The notes beneath the pieces are model-generated. The model was not told the DNA's origin, made no database searches, and saw nothing but the letters and a program-made list of their open reading frames with translations. The position numbers were made by a program, and so were the translations under genes. 64,000 nt of DNA, taken from positions 3,821,835 through 3,885,834 of the forward strand of contig CAVNZM010000011.1 of assembly GCA_963693365.1 (NCBI GenBank), read 5' to 3'. Source of the DNA: Amoebidium appalachense. Lineage: Eukaryota; Protista; Ichthyosporea. Position 1 is the first letter of the stretch; each line of letters begins with the position of its first letter. Below are positions 13,280-23,944 of the stretch, in pieces.

Positions 13280-14746
13280 CGGGGCGCTGAGAGTGGGGTA
13301 GAGTATATTGCAGTTGAGGCTATGTGCAGTGATAGTGAAATGTCTGAAATCAACGTGTCTTGTTATACAGATACTGTTGAAGTAAATAAGACAATAAATC
13401 ACTCACGGCCTGGTGCCGTAAAACAGTCAGTTAAAACTGCTGTGGTGCAATTTACCCCCTCTCTCGTTGAGAATCAGCATGAAGCTAAGTCTTCCCCCCG
13501 TTCCCCCCTTTCCCCCCTTTCCCCACAACCCCCACCCCCCCTTCCTCCCGTCCCCCCCCTTTTCCCCTTCCCCCCACCCCCCTCCCACCCCCCTCCCCCT
13601 CCCCCCCTTCCAATATTTCTGTGTCGGTGATAGAGACTAGTGTGGAAAGTAGTGAAGTGGAAATTTCTGTGTTACAGGAAGTGTTTGCATCTTTAATTCA
13701 GCCAGAAGCACGGTTATATGTTCCTGTGGTATTGGGTGATGTTCAAATTCATGATGCTCTTTTAGATGGTGGTGCAAACATTAATTGTGTGCATGAAAAA
13801 GTTATTTGTAATTTAATGAAGATGGGTGCACGTGTTACAATGTTTTCAAATAACTTAGTGAGTGGTGTGAAGACTGCCAATCCTGATGCATCGTTGAATG
13901 TGGTGGGCCGGGTCACTCTCCCATGTACCATTGGTTCCCACACATTATTTGTCACGTTTGCTGTTTGTGCAAACATGGGTCAGAGTATGATTTTAGGCCG
14001 TCCATTTTCAAAGGCACATGTTAAATTGTTAGATGAAGAATCTAATAAGTTGCATTTGAAGAAGGGTGGTAGTGTACGTTTGCACACGGGTACGGAGGGG
14101 TATCAAAGTACTGCACACACTGTCAGCGAAATTTGTGTACCTCCCCACAGCCGTGCATTCGTCCGGGTGAACTTAGACAAATTTGCTGTCGTGGCAGATA
14201 TAGGTGTCTTTGTTCCGGCAGCTAGGTTACTTCCATTTGTGAGTCCTTCATATAGTAAAGTGGCGGCTGATAAAACAATCATGATCGAAGTAGAAAATCG
14301 AAATCTTGATTCAGAATTAGTAATACCTGCTGGCACGCGATTGGGATATATCGAAGGGCAGCTGCCTTTCGATACAGTTGTTGCAGAAATAGTTATCCCC
14401 ACCCCCGAGCTACCTTCAGATAAACCTAGTAATCCGGAAACATGTGGCCAGCCCGAGACATCAACACCAACAGGAAGTCGCTCGCCTACGGTTGATGGTG
14501 TTTCAGTGTCTGCGGTTACCACGGTGTCTGGTCATCAGTCCGATGCAGTAGGTGTCAATCCCTCATCCACAGAAAAGGGCCCTTCTAGTGATGATATTGG
14601 TAAAGCAGACGGAGTGTGTGCAGGTGAAGGTGCAAGTAGTAACTGTAACAGGGAGGGTGATTCCGGTGAAGTGAGTCTCCCCTGGGGTATGGTAGATCCA
14701 GGTTGGACGGATCAGCAACGTGCCTTCTATGAAAAACTACACCCTA
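13280..14746 (+). pseudogene. pol: Truncated pol: aspartic protease plus downstream beta domain; RT, RNase H and integrase absent
   Basis: ALLDGGANINCV catalytic motif and MILGRPF flap-end motif, then CVPPHSRAFVRV..IEVEN..VIPAGTRLG. Frame shifts within the C-rich tract 13495-13610. Apparent end near 14746. Confidence 0.75.
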
Positions 14747-15441
14747 CTAGTAGAAAACTCGTACGGTGTCGACGAAACGTTATAACTCTCATTGTAAGAT
14801 TTCAATACGGAATCATGTCTGGATAATTATATTTACCGCACTCCAGTTCATTTAAAGCACCGTAACGGTGTGACAGACACTGTACATGTCACACTGTTTT
14901 ACTGTTTCAAAAACTTACAATCAATCCTTTTGTAAAATGGAAAATCGAGACGCGGAAATCGAGATGCGAAATCAGGAGTTTTGGGAGATTCAAGACTACT
15001 AGTAAGTGGACAAAAAAGGATGAGCTGGGTCTCGAGGGGGGTGGCAGACAGTGCTCCATAGTATTGGACTACAATTATTTCACTTTGAATATGTTTTTTT
15101 GCCAAACTTACACGTATAATACATATGTCTATTGTTAAAATCAACTCAGCTAAAGCAAAGCCATTGACAAACATAGATGTACATAACATGCCTGTGGGAC
15201 AGTTTTGGTTGCCTGTCGAAATCAGCCATGTTGTTTGCACTTCTCTTAACGGCACCAATCATGAAGGCGTGAGCCAGGGGCGGCGGCAGTATATAAAGAC
15301 GTGCCGTGCCTTGGGCTCAGTCAGACAGTCAGAAAGTAGCTCCACCCAGCTCCACCCTTCAACTGAATTGCTACAGTACACTGCCTATAGTAACAGTTTG
15401 CGCGAGGCTCGAGCAATACCGTACTTTTCTGGCAAAAGAAA

Positions 15442-16745
15442 ATGGAACAGAAAACTACGACCCAGCCTTCTGAGCCTGCACAGTGCTACTACCGAAGGCT
15501 CAGCCTCTCCTCTTGTGACATTCCTGCCGTTGACTTTTCTTGGAAGCTCCTTGAACCGGCCTCTCCCTCTGCTGCTCGAACGATAGATTTCGCCCGGGAT
15601 CACCAGACCTAGGAACGTCGACGTCAGCAACGTAGACAGCTGGCTCGATAAATATATGAGTCGGCACATGGGGCTTCTAGTGCCCATGCCGGGCAAAGAG
15701 GGAGTGGTCACCCTAGGCCTGCTGGTAGCAAACCTCGCCGAGGACCCCACACAGCAGCGCATGGTGCCTGTGCAGGATGCTCATGCATCTTGGGATGATG
15801 TCGGTGGCACTGGTTCAAACCTCCTCCCAAGCAAAGCTACAAAAGAAGTGGAAGCACAGTGCGATAACCGCAGTAGCATTCATGCTTCGGAGCTCGAGTG
15901 GAAGAGATCTCCTCAGGGTACTTTCTTTCGGGTTTGCGCCCGTGTCTTAGACGCCCATCAACATCTGCGTAATGCCCGACGACAATAGCTGGTGTGCCCT
16001 CAGTCGGGAGCTCGACATTATTCGTACTCTGCCATTGGAAACCCTAAGGCTTGTTAAGACCTTGAGGCCCACTCTCTCGGACGACTGCTACCCATCCGAC
16101 ACTACTACTACTTCCTACCAGTACGTGGCGTTCCCTGCAGGTATGGATGCTGACAAACGGCTCCGTTTTCACCTGCCCTGGGTTTCTGACCGTCAGAGAA
16201 AAGAAATTCACGAGTTGCCGGACTTTACAGCAGACAGCAGACGGTGCACCCTGGAGTGCCACGCGCGTGCATCCAAATCGCGCCGAACGGAGTCAAACAG
16301 CAGCAGCGGAGAGGACGATGGCACACCTCAGCAGGTCAAGAGGGCAAAGAACAAGGCCGCTCTGTCAGCGGCCACTCTTCGAACCGCTTCCGAGAGCGAC
16401 AGATCTTTTAACGCCGCAATTGGGAAGGTGGTGCGGAATCGGGTCAAGTTTCTTTTGGCAGAAAAGGAGGGTGAAATGGAGGATTTAAAGGCCCATCTCG
16501 AAGAGAAGAAGCACCAGTACGATATTGAAGTGGCAAAACAGATATCGTTGGAAAAGGATACGAAAGCACAAAGGGAAGAGATTGCTCGGCTGACAGCACA
16601 GGTTGTAGTTCTAAACCAGAAAGATTCCGAAAAGAGCGCCAAGATGGGTAAAATGGAAAAGGTTTTGGAAAACCTCAGAGGAGAGAACACGAGGCTGAAG
16701 GCCAGCCTGAGGGACCTCCTGCAGCCCAATAAGTCTGAGTCTTGA
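15442..16745 (+). pseudogene. Unknown family X, copy 1 (frameshifted), C-terminal coiled coil
   Basis: Starts MEQKTTTQPSEPAQCYYRRLSL as in copy 2. A 4-nt insertion near 15550 and further frameshifts. Shares MGLLVPMPGKEGVVTL..LVANLAEDPTQQRMVPVQD. TATA at ~15290. Confidence 0.8.
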
Positions 16746-18108
16746 GTGCATTCCCGGCCACACTCGGCTGCAGCAATATCCCAAAGTTTAAATTGGTGAC
16801 TATATCTCGACTTAGCTATATATACTATGCTGGGTTCATTGAACAGTGTGAGGGTTAATAAGTTAGAGTTTTAAGGGTCCAGCTTTTACGATTGAAGGTG
16901 AAGTATTTTGTAGACACGTCTTAGACCAGAATTTCGCAAATAAGGACATATGTGGCCTGTGCGCAAACGAACGTAAAGGTTGATCCCCCTTAAGGGCAGG
17001 GCATGTGGGCACTCGGTGCAGTTGCCCTTCGTTGCCCCTAGGGAGGTGGGGGTGTAGACATGGTTGTGTACATTCACGTGCACACCGTGCTGTTCCCCCA
17101 CAACCAGTCTACGTGCCTTTGTGTCTTCTCGCCAGAGGCTGGAATAGAGCCTCGGAAGCAGCTACCAATCGGCTGCATCACTTTTAGCTGTATTCCTTAT
17201 TAGGGCAGTTGCTCTGCACCGTAAGTATGCAGTTAGGAGCGATGCAAAGAACGTGAACACTTTGCCAGCATGTATCTTAGGTGTACGGCACACACTGTGT
17301 GCCGTAGACACTTTATTGGGCACTAGACATACACATGTAGCACTGCTAGTAGTATAACTTGAAGCTAGATTATGATCACCCAGGAGAAGCTCATGTACTC
17401 ATGTATATGTCATGTACTTTATTTAAGTAGGGCCACATGCCTATTGGCTGTCGCCTTACAAAAGTATGCGAGCAGTGCTCTCCGGACCTGCGGAAACCAA
17501 GGGACTATCAAAGGCTGGTACATTCCAGACTTGGGTCACTTGGGCGGGGCCGTGTGTCCGAGTAAACGTTACACTAGTCGTGCGGTGTCAGACTAGCTGT
17601 AGCACCCGCTTTCTTGTCTCTATACTTACGTGCTTCTCCTAGCCTGCATATGTTAACTAGGGCATAGTATTAGTGTATACATCAGCAAAGGCCACCCACC
17701 CATCCATTCGGTATCATTCGGGCATCATGGATATTACTATGATAGTACCCATCCACGAACCCACCCTTCATCCAACAATATATCAGTCTGATACTCTTTT
17801 TGTTAAATCCTAATATCCGGTTATTTTAAGATATTAGAATGATATCCATGTCTAGATATCATTCTGATATTGGAATAGCCCCCGAAAAAGCCCGAAAAGC
17901 CCCCGAAACTTTTGAAAAAGGCGTTGTTCTACTTGTTGCTCTATCCTTTGGCCATCCCGCTATGTATCATTCTGATAACATAATAGATTATTGGAATGAT
18001 ACATACCCTCAAATGCTCTACGTTTTCAGATAGGGGTAAACATATCTGAATGAGACTTGAATAGTACATTACAAAGTACAAAAAGTGCCCTCGTTGGTCA
18101 TAAACGGT

Positions 18109-18400
18109 TATCCAAATGATATCATAATGATATCATTGCAAGAACGGGAGGTGTATTATAATATCTTTGTATGCCCTATTATGGTATTGGTATGATAGAA
18201 GAAAATGAAATTATCTTCCTTTCCTGATATCAGAATGGTCTCATTCTAATACCGTGAATGATATCCAAATGATATCTATTGTAGAAAAGGGGGTGTATTA
18301 TAATATCTTTGAATGCCCTATTATGGTATTGGTATGATAGAGGAAAATGTAACGAAATTCCTTTCCTAATATCATATTGGTGTCATTCTAATATCGTGAA
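18109..18400. repeat. Two ~145-bp tandem subterminal repeats
   Basis: tatccaaatgatatc..gtgtattataatatctttg.atgccctattatggtattggtatgatag occurs twice. Confidence 0.8.
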
Positions 18401-18912
18401 TTCCAAAACCTCATATCATAATAGCACTATTCCAAAAATCGTGGAACATTTAAATCTGTACCCTATTATAGTATCATAATTGAGAGACATGTATATCATT
18501 ATGGTCACCTTTGATTGTCGTTGTGGGCATCATAATGGTCACTTAAAATATATCATTGAATTTCGTGTACCATAATGGTACCATTTTATTGATTCGTTCC
18601 GTCGTCGACGTCCCCCCCCCCCTCCCCCCCCCCCCCCCCCCCCCCCCCCCGGTCGATCTGCTATTAGCACTAAACTGTATTCAGACTTAGAAAACAAAAA
18701 AAAAAATTCTAAGTAAATCTCAAAAAAAACAAAAAAAAATTTTTTTTCTAAGTAAATCTCAAAAAAAATTCTAAGTCTCGCTCAAAGAGAACTACGTATC
18801 ATGGTGTTTTCAAAAGTTTTAAGACACACGCCCAGCGCGTGTTAATACCGTCACATTTTAACCTTCCAAACAACCAAAATAAAACATAACAATATACTAA
18901 CATTTTTGTTAG

Positions 18913-19270
18913 TTAGTATACTAAATTATTATTTCTTTTAGTCTTGTGGTTCAATTTCTTGGGGGGGATCTTTATGGGTGATTTTGCGGGCCGCTTATTG
19001 GCGACGCGCGACGCCTCGTCGCTGCTGCCGCTCTCACGCTCCTTGTCCCCCGCACCGCCAACCACCGACCTGTTGCCGTCCAACAGCTTGAGGTCCACCA
19101 CCTTCTCGTTGGACTGCTTCGTGGAGGGCTTGTCGTCTCCCTTCTCGTCTTGCACATCAGCTGACAGGCTGAGGACTGCCTTCTCCCGGGCCTTGCAGAT
19201 CTTTTCCCAGGTCTTTGCATACTGGGTTGGGACAGAAGGAGATTGTGTGAGTGTTTTTAACTTTTCTGGC
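18913..19270 (-). CDS. Terminal exon or remnant of a charged, NLS-bearing protein inside the TIR element
   Basis: GC-rich open frame PEKLKTLTQSPSVPTQYAKTWEKICKAREKAVLSLSADVQDEKGDD...KRPAKSPIKIPPKK..VY*; AG acceptors nearby; upstream exons not found. Confidence 0.45.
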
Positions 19271-19502
19271 TAGCCTGAGCATGTATGTACCTGGGAAAAA
19301 TGCTATCACAATGTTACCATACCAAACCTAAAGATGACATGATAGGATGATACTTGCCCACGCTTAGGAGATATCCTTAAAACACTACGATGATACGTAA
19401 CCCATACATACGACTTATCAATATCATCTTTTCGATATCCATACGTTGTCTTTCGGACCGGAGCTAAAACACAATGATGAGGGGGGGGGGGGGGGGGGTT
19501 GA

Positions 19503-19643
19503 ATGCAGAACACGGTACGAAATACGCATACACGATGAGAAGCATGGTGCAGGACACATGCAAAGGCAAACATTCAAGTATGCAACATCAGCCATGTGCA
19601 CAGTATGCGTCATAAGCAGAGCCCATCCTCAGGGAGGACCCAG
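19503..19643. repeat. Dispersed ~140-bp repeat, copy C (inverted relative to A)
   Basis: Reverse complement of 4881-5021 with few substitutions; poly-G on both sides. Confidence 0.8.
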
Positions 19644-19684
19644 CCTGGGGGGGGGGGGGGGGGGGGGGGTAGTTGTTTACCTTG

Positions 19685-19725
<41 letters not shown>

Positions 19726-20860
19726 ATCAATGATAAGCCGGCCATGTGTTTATCATGGCGCACCGGTAAATGAATGTGGCGATTATGTGTAAATATATAA
19801 ACGGAAATACATTATAAAAAAGGACTCACTCAACGAGATGAACGAGCGTTACAAAACGTACGTGTCTGCCCCCCCCTCCCCCCCCCCCCCCCCCCCCGCC
19901 CCCCACCCAACCCCCCTGTCTTCCCTCCTTCCCACTACGACCCCCCCCCCCCCCTGCACGTGTCTAGGTACTATAGATCCTACAGGTAACGATGGCAGGG
20001 TTAGGGTTATTCAGTGAAAGAGTGACAATACATAACCAACTGCAGTGTACATATGCGTGGATGCCCCAGTGATCGTGTTAATGGCCTCTATAATCATCAT
20101 AGTGGTCATCATTAAAGCCCCATACGACCACCATAAGGATCGCTAGTTATACCCCCATACGATCATCATAGTGATATCATTCTATGCCTCATTAACATGT
20201 GTTGCACATTAACAATATAATAATAAATTTTTTAACACTAATTACCGTGACCTAGGCGAGGGTTGTCAATTAAGAATAGCACAGTGACCAAGCAAAGCAA
20301 ACTACATGCAAAAACCATATTTGCAACGCCTCCGTGTCACGTGATACCAAATATGGAACAAAAACTCTATAAGTAACCAATCCGATGCGCCTGCTCATAT
20401 TCCATGCTGCTGTGATTGGCTTAATCATGAGCCGGGATGACGGAACGGTGGTGGAAGTAGGGTTTGAGGAGGTGAAACAATGGCAATTGTTGGGGACTAA
20501 AAATCAGTGGTTTTATGTGCAGGCCAAATGGGAAACCGTGCTGCCCCCCACGCGAATTTTGAAGCCGTATATAATCAGATCGTGCATGGCCACCTGTATA
20601 GGCATTTGGTATCCGTTTAAGGAATCGTTCGAGTGTGCGCCCATGGGCCGATCCCGGGCCATGACACAAACTAATACGATTGCTTAGCTGGCTTCTCCTC
20701 AAATTTTTTTATGTGGGTAGCCTATTAGGTATGCATGTAAAGTAATTAATTTTCTCTCCCTTTATTCACTTTTTACAAAATGATATTGGAACGGTATCTT
20801 ATTTTGAGCCAAAAGATCTCATATTACTATCTGCGTGGATCGCGAACACGTATCCCGACA

Positions 20861-21995
20861 GGTATCAGAATGATATTGGGATGATATAGTATGGGAAACA
20901 TCTGGTGTTGCAGAAGAGGATATTGGAATGATATCGTACAATTATGTCACAACATCTCATAATGATATATTCATGGGACTAAACAAATATCTGAGAAGTA
21001 AAACATAGGTATCGGAATGATATTGTTATGATATAGTATTGGATACATCTGGTTTTGCAGAAAAGGATACTGGAATGATATCGTACAATTATGTCACAAC
21101 ATCTCATAATGATATATTCGAGGGACTAAACAAATATCTGAAAAGCAAAAAATACATATCGGAATGATATTGTTATGCTATAGTATTGGATACATCTGGT
21201 TTTGCAGAAAAGGATACTGGAATGATATCGTACAATTATGTCACAACATCTCATAATGATATAGTCGTGGGACTAAACTAATATCTGAAAAGTAAAAAAT
21301 ACATATCGGAATGATATTGTTATGCTATAGTATTGGATACATCTGGTTTTGCAGAAAAGGATACTGGAATGATATCGTACAATTATGTCACAACATCTCA
21401 TAATGATATATTCGAGGGACTAAACAAATATCTGAAAAGCAAACAATACATATCGGAATGATATTGTTATGATATAGTATTGGATACATCTGGTTTTGCA
21501 GAAAAGGATACTGGAATGATATCGTACAATTATGTCACAACATCTCATAATGATATAGTCGTGGGACTTAACTAATATCTGAAAAGTAAAAAATACATAT
21601 CGGAATGATATTGTTATGCTATAGTATTGGATACATCTGGTTTTGCAGAAAAGGATACTGGAATGATATCGTACAATTATGTCACAACATCTCATAATGA
21701 TATAGTCGTGCGACTTAACTAATATCTGAAAAGCAAACAATACATATCGGAATGATATTGTTATGATATAGTATTGGATACATCTGGTTTTGCAGAAAAG
21801 GATACTGGAATGATATCGTACAATTATGTCACAACATCTCATAATGATATAGTCGTGGGACTTAACTAATATCTGAAAAGTAAAAAATACATATCGGAAT
21901 GATATTGTTATGCTATAGTATTGGATACATCTGGATTTGCAGAAAAGGATATTGGAATGATATCGTACTATTATGTCCCAACATCTCAGAATGAT
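20861..21995. repeat. Tandem satellite, exact 147-bp period, ~7.7 copies
   Basis: c(g/a)gaatgatattg recurs at 20866, 21013, 21160, 21307, 21454, 21601, 21748, 21895. Confidence 0.97.
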
Positions 21996-22475
21996 AACGT
22001 TGTGGATACTGTCCTAATATCGGAAAGGGGTATAAAAATAATCAAGATATCCGAAAGGGCCTATTTAGATATTGTGGAGGTATATAGGTTTTATTTGTGG
22101 AAATTATTGACATAAATATTTTTCTGGGTAAACACGTAGGATGGGTGTTCGATACCAACATAACCATGTAGGCTTCATTTCGTGTTTTAGCAGTTAGCGG
22201 TTGGCTGCCCGCACACGGGCACCTATTAGCCAGTCAAAACATCAGATACCACAGATCACTAGACCGAGTTATGATTGGCTCGGATCAGATTTCACATATC
22301 ACTAGATCGATTTTTGATTGGTTCAGATCGGTAGGCTTAGGTATATAAGCACGACAGTTTTTAGCAGATCAGCAAGCTACAAACACATCTTCTGTGTTTA
22401 GCATCCACAGCCTTACAGCTATATATTCCTTTTCACTCCTTTTCATTCTCCCTATCTTTCCCTACGCCGGTCAGC

Positions 22476-23645
22476 ATGCCGCCGAAAAAGCGCCAGGCCT
22501 CAGCCGCCGCCCCTGCCGCGGCACCTAAGCGCCTGACCCGCAGCGACCTCCGCCACAGGCTGACCAACGCTCCCGCGGACACTGACGCGCCTCCAGCGGC
22601 CCATACCACCACGGACCCGGACCCGCCGGCTACTCTCCCCTCCACCCCTGAAGTCCCCCCTCAGGCCCCGCCGTCCCCGCAGATGACTTCTCAAGACGCC
22701 GTCCTGGCCGCCCTCACCGCCATCAGCACCCAGATGGCTGGCGTCCTGGCTGCTCTCACCAACCGCGACCCTCCCGCGCCCCCCGCCGCGCCCTCCACAC
22801 CCGGGGAGGTTTCCCCGGGGCTGCATCTCGGCCCTGACCTTGACCTGCCTGCCCTGCCCGCGCCCCCCATCACAGGTGAGAACACTGGCGACATTCAGCC
22901 GGGCACACTCCCGCTTCCCCCCGCGGATGTGCTGGCAGATTTGCGCGCCAATCGTTTCGTCGACCTGTATAAGTTCACCCCCGCCGCCCTCCTGGCCCCA
23001 TCCAAGAAAGGTCAGCATCTGCGCATGGCCGACGACGGCAGCATCGAGACTTTTCGCCAAGACAAACCCGTTCCCCTGCGTTCACTCGTCATTTGGATCC
23101 AAGCTTGGACCCATTACATGGCCGCCAAGCACCACCTCGGCCTTCCCACGGACAAAGACGTACTTTGGACTCAGCACATCACTCGCCTCAGCACCCGATA
23201 CCCGTGGGCCCAGATCCACAACTATGACGTATACGCCCGCACCGTGGCCCACCAGCAGGGTCGGGCTCCGATCGAGTGCCCCAACCTGCTCGCCCAACTC
23301 CACCAGGATCTCCTCCTGCCACCCACCCTGCTCATCCAGGACGCATGTCAGCGCTGTGGCTTCCCCGACCACCCCAGCGCGGCCTGCCCCATGTACCCCA
23401 AGCCCGGCTGTGGTCTTGACGGCTTTAAGCCGCCCCACAAGCCCGGCGGGGGTCACACCCCTAACCGCCCTGGCCCGCAACCCGGCCCGGCCAAACCGGC
23501 CCGACCCGTGGATCTACCCGCGACGCACTGCAGGAATTTCCACATTAACGGTCGGTCCTGCGCTAAGCAGCCCTGCCCCTTCTCCCACGTGTGCCCGCTC
23601 TGCTCTGGCACACACCCCCGCAAAGACTGCAAGCACAATGCCTAG
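22476..23645 (+). CDS. gag: Ngaro Gag-like ORF1 with zinc fingers
   Basis: 389 aa; WIQAWTHY..YPWAQIHNYD core, CQRCGFPDHPSAAC knuckle, C-terminal CRNFH..C..C.FSHVCPLCSGTHPRKDC. Confidence 0.9.
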   Translation: MPPKKRQASAAAPAAAPKRLTRSDLRHRLTNAPADTDAPPAAHTTTDPDPPATLPSTPEVPPQAPPSPQMTSQDAVLAALTAISTQMAGVLAALTNRDPPAPPAAPSTPGEVSPGLHLGPDLDLPALPAPPITGENTGDIQPGTLPLPPADVLADLRANRFVDLYKFTPAALLAPSKKGQHLRMADDGSIETFRQDKPVPLRSLVIWIQAWTHYMAAKHHLGLPTDKDVLWTQHITRLSTRYPWAQIHNYDVYARTVAHQQGRAPIECPNLLAQLHQDLLLPPTLLIQDACQRCGFPDHPSAACPMYPKPGCGLDGFKPPHKPGGGHTPNRPGPQPGPAKPARPVDLPATHCRNFHINGRSCAKQPCPFSHVCPLCSGTHPRKDCKHNA

Positions 23646-23944
23646 TCTACGCGCACACCCACACACACAGCTAGAACATAGGGGTTCGGAGCTAGGACAC
23701 ACGAGTACAGGGAAACGGAGCTCGGGAGAACGGGCCAATAGGGCTGAGTACAAAATTTCGCAGGCCAACTACGGCGCCCGCGCGCGTCAAGAATAAATGT
23801 CCCTATACAAAGACGTTTATTCTGGCCACTGCACATAATTTTACTCCCCCCCCCCCCCATCCCACGAGCCTCCCCCCCCTTACACTCACCTAGCACTCCC
23901 TCCCCCCCCCTTTCTTCTACCGCTGTGTCCGCCCACACCCCCGC

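Noticed and set aside
20385-20687. 100-aa ORF in the TIR element with WFYVQAKW (chromodomain-like?)
   Set aside because: Too short and weak; other chromodomain or transposase residues not evident
20861-21995. CRISPR array, or the 49-aa repeat ORF 21420-21842
   Set aside because: Contiguous tandem units with no unique spacers and no cas genes; the ORF is a by-product of the 147-bp period
22840-23796. 318-aa alternative-frame ORF overlapping Ngaro gag
   Set aside because: Pro/Ser/Thr-rich shadow of GC-rich gag with no motif; a role as RT leader cannot be shown
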